NCBI RefSeq assembly: GCF_011745625.1
Contig: NW_027191469.1
Location: 310,001-374,000 of the forward strand
DNA length: 64,000 nt
Direction of reading: 5' to 3'
Origin: Cladosporium halotolerans
Lineage: Eukaryota
A model generated the notes under the pieces. That model saw only the letters and a program-made list of their open reading frames with translations. It did no database searches and was not told the DNA's origin. Of this stretch, positions 11,382-24,212 are shown one piece after another (position 1 is the stretch's first letter; each line of letters begins with the position of its first letter). The translations under genes were made by a program, and so were the position numbers.

Positions 11382-12670
11382 ATGTGTTTCGGCGGCGGCA
11401 ACAATGGGGAGGACCCCGACGCGAAGAAGAGCAAGGAGATCGAGAAGCAGCTCCGCGAGGACCAGAAGAAGATGGCAAAGGAAGTGAAGATGCTTCTGCT
11501 CGGTACGGCCCAACTACATTGAACACTACGCGTGCGCGTTGCAATACTGACCGATTCACAGGTGCCGGAGAGTCTGGCAAATCCACGGTCTTGAAGCAAA
11601 TGCGCCTCCTCCACACCAAGGGCTTCTCGTCCTCTGAGCGCAAGCAGTGGAAGGTCACCATCTTCAACAACCTGCTGCACGCTTTCCAGGTCATCTTTGG
11701 CGCCATGGAGGAGCAGGAAGTCGACTTTGCACACGAAGGCAACATCGTAAGTTTGCGAGGCGCGTCGAGTTTCGAAGCAGATTGCTGATAGTTTCTTCAG
11801 CGCTTCGCTGAGATCATTGCTGCCGACCCCGAAATCGGCACTGAGGATTCCATGCCGCTGGACTGCATGAATGCTTTCAAGAGCCTTTGGAAGGATGAAG
11901 GTGTCCAACTCGCCATTCGCAAGGGTAACGAATACGCGCTCCACGACAACTTGCAATAGTACGCTGCATCAATACCCTCAATTCGTACAACACACTGACA
12001 ATCATCAGCTACTTCTCCGACCTTGATCGCCTATTCGCGAAGGATTTCACCCCCACAGACCAGGATATCCTGCGCGCGCGTTTACGGACTACTGGCATCA
12101 GCGAGACCATCTTTGACACGGGTAACTTGACTTACCGCATGTTCGATGTTGGTGGACAGAGATCAGAGCGTAAGAAGTGGATCCACGTTTTCGACAACGT
12201 CCAAGTCGTTCTCTTCCTCGTCGCCATCAGCGGCTACGATCACGTGTTGGTGGAGGATCGCAATGGCGTAAGTTTTGCCTCGGACTTGCTCAATTCTGAA
12301 GCAAATGCTAACACGCTCTCAGAACCAAATGCAAGAGGCCCTCATGCTCTTCGAGAGCATCGCGAACAGCAAATACTTTGAAAAGTCCGCCCTCATCCTC
12401 TTCCTCAACAAGATCGATCTCTTCCGCGAAAAGGTCATGAGCGGAAAGTCGCCGATTCGCGAGCACTTCCCTGACTTCCCGGGCGGCGACAAGGACATCG
12501 AGGCTGGCCAGGACTTCTTCGCACGCAAATTCAAGAACCTCGTGCGCGACCCGGGCAAGGAGGCCTATGTCCACTTCACCAACGCCACAGACACCAACCT
12601 GCTCGACAAGACCATGAAGAGCGTGCAGGATATGATCGTGCAGAGGAACCTGCACCAACTGATGCTGTGA
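11382..12670 (+). CDS. gna2: Heterotrimeric G-protein alpha subunit, fungal class II (GNA-2/GanA-type); 4 introns
   Basis: MCFGG start without Gly2. G boxes LLL|GAGESGKST, RLRTTGI, DVGGQRSERKKW, LFLNKID and TNATDT. C-terminus QRNLHQLML resembles class II. Confidence 0.92.
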
Positions 12671-14456
12671 GCACTTTCGATTCCCCAGCCCATCATCACC
12701 TCCTCACGCCCTCGCTTTCCCGGGACAAAGCTTTCTCTTTTTCTCTTTTTTACTACCAGACGCGCCAGTGCGCGCTGCTTGCTCTTTCTTTTTTCTACTT
12801 CTCTGTTCTGTTTTGAAACAAAATTCACTTTATTGCATGGCGTGGACTGCGTGCGCAGCCGGGAAATCAAGAGAGAACGAGAGGAACAAACACAACAACC
12901 GAAGAAATCATCGAGACAGACGGAAAATACCTCGCTCCCCCAGCAGACTAGGGTATTGACGTCTTGGAACCACACTCTACTGTACAACTTTTGCTTACCA
13001 GTGCTCATTGTTCTCTTTTCTCCCGATCTCGTTTGTTTTCTGCTGTCGATGACAGGAAGAATCAACACTCTGCTCTGACCGCCTGTCCCGGGAAGACCCC
13101 CCTCTTCTCCCCTGCATATTCACCTCGCACTCTTCCCTCCCGCCAAATGCACTTATCTGATCACGCGCCTCTTCCACCTTTGCAGGCTGAGTTAGATCCT
13201 ACGGCCGAAATACGATTATACCCGCCCGGTTCCGCCCATCCCGCGCCCCAAGCGAAGCCGAGAAAGACCAAGAAAAGCGGGAAGCGAAAGCTCGCTTTGT
13301 CGCCGTCCCGAGAGAGGCTCTGGAGAGATGTGAAGTGATTGCGCTGAGAGTGCGAATTGAGCTGAGCTGGGGTGAAATGGATGGATTCGAACGAATGACA
13401 TTGATACTTTTAGACCTCCACTTCTGCGCTTCTTGGATTCATTGTCGTTGTATGTCGGAGGACAAGGGAGCTGTTGAATTTTGGGCGCGGAAGACTGCAG
13501 CTGGTGATGTCTATGGAGAGGATGGAGTGGTTTGTCTCAGCGGGATTCCCACTGCCCTAGTCTGCGCCGGATATTCATGGTGTTGAGGGCAGCTGCTCTA
13601 CATAACTTGCTGGATCCTGGTGGGTTTGCAATCGTTCTACTCTCACTGAGCAAATCCGCGAGGAAATCGATGGTAATGATGGCAACGGCTCTAAGAAATC
13701 TGGCTGACCGTGTAGTATGGAAGATGCTCGACGATCGCGCCGCAAGTTTTATCAACCTTCTCCAAGATTTTTTTCGCGTCAAATGAACATGGCAGCAACG
13801 GCAACAGCTTAAATTACCTGTGCGATTTCCATATTGTCGATCCTCTCCCCAATCCTTTGGTCTCAAGGAGAGTGAATGGCAAAAAAGGCAGGAGCTTCAC
13901 AAAGCGTAGCCGTTCCTGTGTCAAGTACCACAAGTTCCCGGAGGAGATTTCCAACGTCTTGACCCTTTCGTGGTGGAAATGCTATCAAATATGGCAGCTC
14001 TGAAAGATCCGGCTCCCCTTGAATGGCGTATCTCACTCAGACAATACGCGGCGATCGAAACGCGAGTTGCACCACAGCCACCGCCTAGTGTCTTCAAAGA
14101 CCAGGCTCGATGGACGCACCGCTGAAACCTTTTGTTTTCAAGTGTGGCTATGTTTCTCCTCAAAGACAAAACGAGCGCGACGTGTTTGAGTCACACCTCT
14201 CCTCAGGCCCGTCTTTGGTACGAAGATGGTTGCGGTTGGCGATTGCTTCTCTGGTTGTCTTGTCCCGGGAACGTGCTTCTAGTTTACACAGCACCATTTG
14301 TTCGCAGGTCTCACTCGTGCTCTCCACGCTTCACTTCTACAAACGCACGGCCCCAGCAGAATACCGCATTCACACTAATGGCGGTGTCTATAAGTCTCTG
14401 CCTCCTCCCCACCTCAGCACCAGCACCACCTGGTCACCTCACTACCGCCAGCGACC

Positions 14457-15920
14457 ATGGACGGCCCAATTGCCCTAGAAGGGCTGATCCCCACGACGGC
14501 AGGCGCCCTATCCAGTGTCAACAGGGCTGCAATTGCCCTGAAGCTGCAAAAAGACACTAGATCAATCAATTGCCAGCCCTACGAGCCAGAGAAGTGGCTA
14601 TCACGCTCCAAAACGCTTGCTACGCTCGGATACCCTGAGCTAGCAACAGGCGATGCACACAAGGCTCTGCTGCTCTGCAAGAATCTCCTGGACTTCGTGG
14701 ATACTCGCGGGCCTGAGGGCTGGGCGTTGGGAAGCGGTAAAGGCTTCTGGATGCGTACGGAGGAGACTGACGACGAGATCAACTGGGAAAGAACGGATGA
14801 AATGAAAAACAGTTTGTCACGACTGCATCTGCGCGCTCAAGACGCCCAAGCATCAAACATCGACGATTACGACAAGCTTGAGGGTAGCTACATCCCGCAG
14901 CCATATCAATGGCTAGATGGAAGACACCGTGTGCGAGATGATGAGCTTTTGAACGAGATAAACGGTGAAATCGACGATATGGGATCTCGCTTATCGCTTC
15001 GTCACACTATGATCGAAGTCAGACGCTGCACCTTTCATCCAGACGGAGACATCAACGGGGAACACGCGTGCTTTGGTGTGTTCGCTAAAGCCGATATTCG
15101 GAGGAACACTACCATCGTTTCTGACCAAACTACTCTCTTTGGATGCACCGGGGTGGGGATCGATGATTCCACGATGAATCTCCACGGCGCAGAAGGGTGC
15201 GACATCCCACACCACCCCAATCTACCGGGGGAGGAGGGAGCTCTCAATCTACGTTGGGTCAGAGAAAGGACTGGCGTCAACGCCGCCGATCATTTGCTTC
15301 TCTGCCGCGCGCTCTTGAAAAGTGTCCAAGACGACGTGGAATCACCATTCGATCTTCCGATCATCGCCCGGCTCACGCCGTCATACCATCGCCAAGAACC
15401 CAGGTCATTCCAGGTAGACACGGACCTGGAAATCCCCACCGACGCTCTGCAAAAATTCGGCGTCGACATCTTCGCGGACCACCGCTATGACACCTGGGTC
15501 CTCTTCACGCTCTCCGCAAGGCTCCGCAACAACTGCTGGAGCAATCCCATCAACGCCGCCATCAGCCCCATCTTCTGCATGTTCAACCATAGCTGCGAGC
15601 CGAACGTGAAGTGGGCACCGAGCAGAAACCACTGCATCATGGAAATGCATGCGGACAGGGATATTGTTGCGGGGGAACAGCTGTTCATCGAGTACGATGC
15701 GTACCACTCCATCGAACCGCTGAAGGCTAGGAGAGAGAGGCTCAACAAGTGGATTGACCAGTGCATGTGTCCCAGATGTGTGCGCGAGGAAGAAGCTATG
15801 GAAGCAATGGAAGTGGACGGCGACGGCGAGTCGTGTGGATTACGCACTGGGGGCCAAGGCGCTCGCCCTGCGTGGGATCAAGGCGATGAGACAATGTTGC
15901 ACGGAGACGAGTTTTGGTAA
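14457..15920 (+). CDS. SET-domain protein with TPR-like N-terminus and a large SET insertion
   Basis: FGVFAKADI, MFNHSCEPNV, GEQLFIEY and post-SET CMCPRC. N-terminal LGYPELATGDAHKA helical repeat. Confidence 0.88.
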   Translation: MDGPIALEGLIPTTAGALSSVNRAAIALKLQKDTRSINCQPYEPEKWLSRSKTLATLGYPELATGDAHKALLLCKNLLDFVDTRGPEGWALGSGKGFWMRTEETDDEINWERTDEMKNSLSRLHLRAQDAQASNIDDYDKLEGSYIPQPYQWLDGRHRVRDDELLNEINGEIDDMGSRLSLRHTMIEVRRCTFHPDGDINGEHACFGVFAKADIRRNTTIVSDQTTLFGCTGVGIDDSTMNLHGAEGCDIPHHPNLPGEEGALNLRWVRERTGVNAADHLLLCRALLKSVQDDVESPFDLPIIARLTPSYHRQEPRSFQVDTDLEIPTDALQKFGVDIFADHRYDTWVLFTLSARLRNNCWSNPINAAISPIFCMFNHSCEPNVKWAPSRNHCIMEMHADRDIVAGEQLFIEYDAYHSIEPLKARRERLNKWIDQCMCPRCVREEEAMEAMEVDGDGESCGLRTGGQGARPAWDQGDETMLHGDEFW

Positions 15921-16119
15921 ATTCAAGCATCGATAGATTAGCGGCCTAGTCATTACTACAGCAGCTAGACATGTACAAACACAGAGCAATGGGAATGCAA
16001 ATCAATGCAATAGTATCTCCTTCCAAGCAGTCACAGGCGCAAGATAAGGGCAAAGATTGGAAGAAACAAGCCAGCAACCCCGTCCGGTGTCAAAACGATC
16101 AAGAGAGGAAACAGAGCGC

Positions 16120-16734
16120 TTACTGCGCTTGGGCAACATTATCAGCATCCCAATTGATGCCATCGAACGTCAGCCTTGGCACCACTTTCCACAACATGCT
16201 GGAGTAGTAATCGTAATTCGTCTTCGTAGCAGTACCAGGGTGCCTCAGCACCCGAAACCTTCTCACGGCCCGGTAAATGTCATTGAAAAGGACACTGGCC
16301 GGTCTAGTAAGTGCCGGCTGACTTTGTTCGAGGCGCTCGAGAAGGTGGAAGTGCAGGAATAGCATCGCAAGCCGTAGTTGCTCCACCAGGCGTTCAGCCT
16401 GGCGCCGCTCTCTGGCGTTGAGGTGTATGGTGAGACTTGGGCGCGGCTCCTCCTCGGTAGGAGGTGCATTTGTATCACTGATCCGATTAGCATGTGCTTG
16501 AAGAGTATTAGGATCTCGAAATGCTTACTTGGAAGCCACATTGAGGGCTTGCGGCGGATTTGTGGTTCTGTGCCTTCTGGCAGCAGCGCCTGCGGCGATG
16601 CTCTTCCAGAAGGCCTCGGCGCGGGCGGTTCTCTTGGCTTCACGGCGACTCTTGCGGATGACAGGGGACACGCTGGAGTTATTGGTACGGATAGCGGCAC
16701 CGGCGTTGGCGTTCTTGCTGGTAGATGGGGCCAT
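16120..16734 (-). CDS. Hypothetical 187-aa basic protein; exons 16734-16529 and 16477-16120
   Basis: A canonical 51-nt intron (GTAAGC...GCTAAT...CAG) joins two ORF-track fragments in frame (564 nt total). No recognised domain. Confidence 0.6.
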
Positions 16735-17771
16735 CGTGCTTGACTGTTGGGTTGCGTTTGGGATTGTGTTTGAACAGATTTCTTGAGAACCTGTGAAGTT
16801 GAGACCGCTGCATAAGAGAGTGGCATAGGCATATTTATGGAGTAGAGTGTGTCAGTTGCAATTGATTTGTTCACGGATCTGTTTGTTTAAGGTTTCGCGT
16901 GAGGACACTGTTGTACGACAGTGTCCTCACGCCAGCAGTCACATTGCCTGTGTCAGCGACGCGAAACGAAACGCTAAAGCAGCCAGCATCTCTTACGCGC
17001 AGTCAGATGGACGATTGACTGGAATAAGGCGTCCCAATTGAGTGATTGTTGAAGACAGCACCGACACAATTGGCCAGAACAAGACTTGACGCTTCGATTC
17101 TCGATGGACACGATTCGACAGTCCATTGACATGTCGTGCGGGCCGCAAAGCGACTACCATCGGTGAGGGAAAAACTAGTGTTCAGTGTCGAGCCTAGAAT
17201 CCGAATAAATACTGAGGGACAACGGAGTTGGGTATAGGGTTGTGTGCTATGGCTGACAAAGAATGCCGCAAAGCGTTGGGCAGGACGGCCGTGATTCGCG
17301 AGGACTGTCACAAAGAGATAAGATCCAAGCCATTAGAAAACCACGTTGCAATTGAGCCCATCGGTGTTGCGTTGTAAAAGCATCAGGCAGCACGCAGTTT
17401 GCTTGATTGGACCATCGCCCTCAACGAAGCTGCGTGGGGTACCACGGTTGTGACGGCAAAGTACAATAGCCTGGTGCACTCAGCATCCATGCTGTCGATC
17501 GATACGACCTTCGAGGAGGTGTAACTGTCCTCCGGCCATGAAGTGAACCACACGTCGTACTACTTCGTGGTCTGCTGCTTGGATGCTGACGAAAGCTTGA
17601 TGGACTGCAATTGAACTGCGCTGATCTCGTCAAAATGCCGGTACACAAGAAGTCAAGCACCGTTTGACAGTGCAGTTGCGATTGTAAACGCAACGGCACA
17701 GGTGCTTTTGGGATTTGTTTGTTCGATATGTGTGATCCGATGAGCGATCTAATTTATGGAGGCACTTACTT

Positions 17772-18676
17772 TCACAGCTTTGCTCTACCCTCTGCTAGCG
17801 ACAAGCCAGAGATCTTCTCAAGTTCTTTGACTGCAGCACCCGTTTTGCCGAGTACAACCTTCACGGTGTTCATGCCGACTTTTCTTCCGGTCCTGAGATT
17901 GCCGCCAATGTCGTCAAAGAACACCAGGTCTTCCATTCTCACGCCCTCATCACACCACCCCTTCTGTCGAACAAATTCGGCGATCCGTCCAAGAGTGTAG
18001 TAGTAGATATCCTCAGCTGGTTTACGCATGCCTACGTGCGCGGACGATACGAAGACATCGAACAAGCCCTTAAGCTCGGCATTCTGCTTTCCCTCTGGCG
18101 TGGATTTATCGTTGAAGGGGTGCCCCTCTGGGAAGATAGAGGTGTTTGACATGGCCGCTATCACCAGCTTGCCTTCGCTCGCGTCTGCCGCGGCGCGCAG
18201 CCTCTTAAGCGCAGGGTACATGTGCGGATCCGGCTCGCGGGCCACGCGCATCATCTCCCAGTACAACCATTCCGCATCAATCTCTGGTGGCGGAGGCACA
18301 TTGTATGCAGCTTCCTCGGCTGCGTCAGAGCCCTTCTCTTTACGATGGGCTGCCAGGTGCTTGCTGTAGAACACACGCCATCTCTTCTCGTCGGTAAGGT
18401 CTCGCTTGAACTCCGCGAAGAACGCCCTGTCTAAAGGGATCTCGCCGCGCTCGATTTTCTGCCATGCGCCATTGGGGCTAGTCGCAGAGATAGAGTGGTT
18501 CACCCAGCCTGGCGGAATGCCGTTTGCGCGCTCGTAGTCCAGGATCGCCTGGAATGGTGAGATAACCTGTTGCGTACATCAGCTGCTGACGGTCATTTGT
18601 TCGCCTTTCGACATACACAAACACCACCAATATCAAATAAGAAGACTTTTGGGCGTTGTGAGCGAGGTGGAGGCAT
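17772..18676 (-). CDS. HAD-superfamily hydrolase (sEH-N/ACAD10-N-like phosphatase); one 5' intron
   Basis: Motif I FLFDIGGVC in exon 1, then MSNT, SAHVGMRKP and FFDDIGGNL. Confidence 0.9.
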
Positions 18677-19759
18677 GGTGAAGGTTGTACCAAAGAGTGT
18701 GTACGACTTATTGTGTTTGGTCCATGAACCTGACATGACTGCTATAACATCGTCAGTCCTTACTTGAGAGATCCAACGACCATCTCACTGCCTCGGCCGT
18801 TTGGGCACGCCATGCCTGCGGATAAAGCAGATGATGAGATGGACGCGTTCGCGATAGCCGCGGCTATTGGATTCAAGGTTCCATCAGTCGAAGCGCACGA
18901 GCCACTTGAATTGGGAACATTACTGTAGCACGCGTGCAAGTACTGAGTAAATCATGAACAGATATCGTGCATCAAACGCGGTCGCTGACACATGAGTCTG
19001 CACATATATTGTAGTCGTGGATACAGATTTACATGGAGTAATACATAATAGTACAAATAGTACAGCTCAGGGGCCTCTGCAGGTCCGAAAATGTTCCTAC
19101 TGTGATCCTATCACAAACGCTTCCACCTCTGTTGCAAGCTCGGCTCTCTTTCTCTTCTGCAGCCTTGGCCAAGCTCTCAGATCCTGACAAGGATCACCAG
19201 GAGTTCCAGATTGATGTGCATCTTCCCACAGCCTGGCGGCGGCACAGTCGCGATCTCTCCCAGTCTTTTGCCACGCAGCTCTGATGGCATGCAACTGCTG
19301 TCTGCGGCGGCTGCGCACCGCTTGACGCGGAATAGGTGGATGCCCAGACTCCAATTTCCTTTTCACCTGACGGTTGGCGATCCTGATTTTTGCCGCCCGA
19401 TCCCTCTGGCGCTTTGCCATTACTCGCTCCGCAGCTAGCCTCCCAAGCTCTTTAAGAAGGTCTTCCAGTTTATCCTCCATCTGTGCAAGAAAACGTTCGC
19501 ACATCTTGAGCCATTGGGTTGCTCTGTGTTTGCGCGACAAGGTGGACCAGGGCACAGTAAGAACTTCAAATTCCAAGCGCTCCAGTGCAAAGTGGTGTTC
19601 TCTTCGGCCGCAAGATCCCAGCCCGATTGCCTTTTCTTTGGCAAGCGTATACCTGGGAGTGAGCTCGGCTAGCTGACGCTTGAAGACCTGAAAGGGCCAT
19701 ATAGCCGCAATCGAGCGGTAGACTTCGTTGAGTGCTTCATGAGACCCGACGCTTGCGAG

Positions 19760-21901
19760 TCACCTGGTCTTGGAGTTATCATCCGCCTGCTTGACCTCGG
19801 GGGCCACAGGACCCTCTGACCCGTTTGCATTGTCTAGACGGGAGCTGCTTTCGAAGTATTCTTCCACAGTGGACAGCGATCCATTGACCTCAGTAGTAAT
19901 GGTCTCGTCTATTTCTTCAGGCGACTTATCCCGCGAATGAGTAGCAGCTCCGCGACGCCCACTCCGCGATGCAAAAGGCGAAGTATCATTGCCTAAGCCT
20001 GGGCCACTGTCCGGCTTCCACAAGAAGTGTGCTCGACCAAATGGGACATCGAGTTTTGTCTGATTAGTGAGCTCTCTATTGTAAGTAGTCATTGCCATAC
20101 CGCCCTCGGACAACATCCCGAAAAAGCCAGGCACATGTCGTATGGTTTTCTCAGGCGAAGGGTTCGCAGTGCCCTTAGGAACGTCGTCAATAGATGACGG
20201 TATCGTTCCGAATGACAGACTGAGTGGCGCCTCCTCGTCCCCGGCCCCGTTAAAGGGAGGCAGCCTTTCTCGCCCAGGGGCCAAGAAGAACATAATGTCC
20301 TCACCCTGCTTGACGATCTCGCCAAGGGCGCGCTTCTTTTGTGCCTCCGCGGCTTCTTCCGTGACACCGTCGAACTTGTCGAAGTCAAATTGCCAGCCGT
20401 CGTCTTGCCGTAGCTCACGTGTAGAGTACTCGACATCGGGGTCGAGGCTTAGCAAACCAGCCTTCTTGCCCCAGCCCCCACCACCAGAAAGCACTTTGAT
20501 GAGACGAGCTCCGTGAGGAAGTAAGGTTCTTATGGCTCTCGTATACAGTCCTCGCAACCGCCTGGCGGAGATTGCATCAGGGCTCCACCATTCTCGTAGA
20601 TCATCGGGGCTCACAGAAAGTATCTTCCTTAAGGAATAATAAGCGCGTGCCTTCTGGATGGAATGGCCAAGATCGCGGGGGATGACAAGCGCCCAGACAC
20701 TGACTGGCTCTGGTTGTAGGTTGAGTGACTCGAAGTAGCTGGAAACTGCTGTTTCAAGCTCCTGAGAAGCGGACATGCTTTCATTTGTGTCGTCAGGTTG
20801 CCTCTCGAATATTTTCGCGGTGCCGTCTTGTTTCAGCGAGTGCGTGTAAGAAGGATACGAGGAGAGTTTTCGAACGATGTTGCCCATCACATAGTGAATC
20901 CTCCTGGGTGGTGTGAGGGCAACTAAAGGCATCTGGACAGCGAACGTGTAGGGATTAGTTGGAAGAGAAGGCACTTTCAAAGCCTGGCTCTCCAGCTGCT
21001 TCTCGTCTTGAAACTCCAGTTGGTCTTTCTCGATATCATATGTGTACCTTCTCTCGAAAAGATGAGATACTGAACCAGTGGTAAAGATAGTCTGCGCCAA
21101 AGGTAGCTGCACATCGTAGCCCGGGGCGAGACTTCCAGGGGAACGTGGTATGCAGAATTTCAACGATCCTGGCTTCTGTGCTGATGGCTGGTAAAGGGTC
21201 TGGTGCTTCTGCAGAAACTGTGGCGGGCTTCCCACAAACATGTAAGCCAGGCCCTCATCTCCTTTGAAGAGCTGCAAGCTCGACGGAATGCGGTCCACTA
21301 TCGCTGTGATTATGCGGAAACGGCTCCCATGCTCGACTGCTGACAGTCGGAAGCGTTTGAAAACAGCATCGGGTACGGATTTATCCTGAGCGTATCGGGC
21401 AAGACCGGGGGTCATGAGAAGCACCAGTAACGCTGGGCGCTTCTGAAGGTTGGGCAAGGCGTATGTATCCGTTGGCTTTATAGCTCGTGTGAGCTCTTCA
21501 ATGGTGGTTTCAACCGGACGAGACGTCGTGACAACACCATAAATGCCATCCATCTTCATGTCTGGAGTCGCTCCCCCGCTCTCTGGGAGAGTCGGAGGTG
21601 CCTTCGGGCCCAAGATTTTGCGGGCGAGCACCCGCCGTCGCTCACGATTGCGTTTGCGCCTAGCAGCCTCTCTTGCATTTGCACTTGTGCTTTCCTCCTG
21701 AAGCAATCCATCCTGAAGCTGCTGCTGAGCGGATGGTCTCTTTGAGCTGCCTAGCTGACTCACGTCGCGCGCAGTGTCCAGGTCCTCATGTTGTCGCCTC
21801 GCCGCGTAGCTTCTTCTAACCACCGCACCCAGTGTTTGCCTTGCTCTTAACGCAGTGCTGCTTGCGGATGGCCGTACCGCCCTTCTCACGCATGAGAGCA
21901 T
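19760..21901 (-). CDS. Conserved fungal protein of unknown function with a probable mitochondrial presequence
   Basis: 713-aa ORF with an R/S/A-rich N-terminus lacking acidic residues. Blocks LPLAQTIF, MGNIVRKL, ASQELE and KVLSGGGGWGKKAGLLSLDP look conserved. Confidence 0.8.
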   Translation of the reverse strand: MLSCVRRAVRPSASSTALRARQTLGAVVRRSYAARRQHEDLDTARDVSQLGSSKRPSAQQQLQDGLLQEESTSANAREAARRKRNRERRRVLARKILGPKAPPTLPESGGATPDMKMDGIYGVVTTSRPVETTIEELTRAIKPTDTYALPNLQKRPALLVLLMTPGLARYAQDKSVPDAVFKRFRLSAVEHGSRFRIITAIVDRIPSSLQLFKGDEGLAYMFVGSPPQFLQKHQTLYQPSAQKPGSLKFCIPRSPGSLAPGYDVQLPLAQTIFTTGSVSHLFERRYTYDIEKDQLEFQDEKQLESQALKVPSLPTNPYTFAVQMPLVALTPPRRIHYVMGNIVRKLSSYPSYTHSLKQDGTAKIFERQPDDTNESMSASQELETAVSSYFESLNLQPEPVSVWALVIPRDLGHSIQKARAYYSLRKILSVSPDDLREWWSPDAISARRLRGLYTRAIRTLLPHGARLIKVLSGGGGWGKKAGLLSLDPDVEYSTRELRQDDGWQFDFDKFDGVTEEAAEAQKKRALGEIVKQGEDIMFFLAPGRERLPPFNGAGDEEAPLSLSFGTIPSSIDDVPKGTANPSPEKTIRHVPGFFGMLSEGGMAMTTYNRELTNQTKLDVPFGRAHFLWKPDSGPGLGNDTSPFASRSGRRGAATHSRDKSPEEIDETITTEVNGSLSTVEEYFESSSRLDNANGSEGPVAPEVKQADDNSKTR

Positions 21902-22395
21902 CGAATTGGATCGGAATCCCGACGATCAAAGGTGTCGTCTATGATGGGGCAGATGTATGTTCACCTCGCGGGAAAGGTCTCATCAATCTTGCCCCGAAGT
22001 CATGGACTTGCCTGATTGGGAAGGCCGAGGTCCCGCCCGCAGGCTCGTGGCTGCGTTACACATCCGCATGATACCTACGCTCGGCTGATATTAATGCACG
22101 TATGTATAGAGACATAGAAAGTGTAGGCGTGATGGTTTTTCCTAATTTTGTGAAAGGTGCCGCATTTCCGGGGGGCGAGAAGGCTGAGCGTTCGTGACGC
22201 TCTACTCACGTCCGAAATCAAAATGTCCGTCCAGAGCAGCGCAGGTGGGCAATAAACTCTGGCTCACCTGTCGATGCCGGACCTTTGGGGCAAGATCACA
22301 TTTTCCAGCCGCTCTATTGTTGTGTGCTTGACACTCCTTATGTGTCTGTTTTTTAACAGATAACAAATACATACCGCTGATCAAGTAAGAAACAT

Positions 22396-23705
22396 TTAGA
22401 ACCCCTTCTTCTCTCCATTTGCAGATGGACCAGCTGGACTTAAGATACCTTCGTAGCCACCATTGCCTTGTCTCCTGCCCCGCGAGCGCATCTCTTTCGC
22501 CCACTCTGTCATAGCATACAGCCAACCTCCCGCAACCAGCACGCCGGATACGACGTTGACCAGCCTAATGAACAGCGACAGGAAAGAGGCCCACTCTTCC
22601 GCAATGGTGAGCATGACCGGCTCAATGTCGAACTTGACGAAGACGCCGGGAACGTTCATTTCCGAGACTGCGTGAGACTGCTCTGTCACAGCATATTGAT
22701 TGGTGAAAACGGTATCTTTCGCATACCGTTTGTGATGCTGCTTCATGCCATCTTCGCCGCTTGAAGGAGATTCGTGATACTTGTCGGTGTATTTCTTTAA
22801 TGACTTCGGGTCGGTGGTGTAAATGGTAGGTACCACGGAGAGATAGTATTGGAATTTGTGAAAATGATTCTCGCTTGTGGCAACGGTGTTGTCAAGGGGA
22901 TTGACCAACGATGGGTAGAAGGGGCCGAAGGACAGTTCGTTGATGTGATGGGAAAAGTTGAAGGCTGTGGCAGCGCGGTCAGTACGTTCCTCCCGAAGCA
23001 ACCTCAGTTCAAGATGGCCTCCAACATACCTTTGTGGTCCAGGTGTTGGCCCATCTCCATGTAACCATGTCCTCTCGCGGTGATATGGAAGTCACCCTGC
23101 ACCTTGTTGCCTTCCATGCTACCGTACACTCTGCAGCTATCCGGGAAGACGTGTTTCGGTAGCTTAGGGGTCTTAGGCCACTTCTTTGTCGCCCTAGCCG
23201 CTCCAAGGTAGTTGTGAACGTCCTCCTCCCTGTACTCTCCAAAACCAGGATAACCGCTCAGGTCGAGTCTCTCGTCTTTCGACTTGGGCAGATAGTGCAG
23301 CTTCCGGTCATTGCCCCATTGTACCCAAGAAGTAGAATCCTTGTGGAGCGCATTGCCCGCCAATATACGATCGCCGCTTGCATCTTGAACATTCACGTGA
23401 ATGTCCTCACAGCGCATGTGCACCACAATGTCCAAATTGATCTGCAGATCATGTCCGATTCCTTGCTCGACGCTGAAAGTATGCGTTGTCTCTCCCACCC
23501 ACCACCGTCCCAACTCTGTCGCTCCCAGCCATATGCTCGCGAGCACCAATACTATTGTCCAGATGCCGCCGGAGTTCGTTTGCTCGGTGTATGAAGGTTT
23601 TGTCTTAGGGAATACATCGAAGGCTTTTACCGCTTTCAGCGCACTGCTTTCGCCAAAGTTGTCCTCATCAAGGCCAGAATCGCCAAACCCATTGTGGCCG
23701 TTCAT
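22396..23705 (-). CDS. erv41: ER-derived vesicle protein Erv41/ERGIC2; one intron at about 22966-23029
   Basis: AFDVFPKTK, N-terminal TM helix, CRVYGSMEGNKVQGDFHIT, NFSHHINELSFG, PGVFVKFDIEP, C-terminal TM helix. Confidence 0.92.
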
Positions 23706-24212
23706 GATTGCGACCGGGTGCAGTTATTCAGGCGCGCGTGAGCCAGTTTCCGGGGAGAGTGGAAGGTGTCGCAACACAGCGAGGCTCCGCGTCGTACAAA
23801 CACTATCGCAGAAGCATTGAAGGTTTATAAGGAGTCAGGAGGGCGATATGAACACGGTGGATCTCGCGTGTCTCAGATTGGGTTGACGCTCTCCGAGGGG
23901 CCAACTTTCACATCGGCTTGAGGCTGAAGCCACATGCAGGGATCCGAACCGCGGCCCGCTGGCTTGGGTTCTTCTCGTGTATAGCAAGGAACCTCCTTCT
24001 TCCTTCGGCGAACACTCCTACTGTGCGCAATACAGCGTCCATCGATTATCAAGGGGACGATATGACATTCTATGAGGCTTTGCATTTGACGACTACCCAA
24101 AACTCTTGCAGAACCCAATCTTTCAACATCTTCCATGAGCTACACGATGAAGCATCCGCGAAACACCGCCTTGCACTTCGAACGAAAAGCTCGACACGAT
24201 TGATAGAGGCTC

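Noticed and set aside
12860..13055. Partial complementarity between purine- and pyrimidine-rich tracts in the G-alpha 3' region
   Set aside because: Low complexity, imperfect and non-nested; likely chance.
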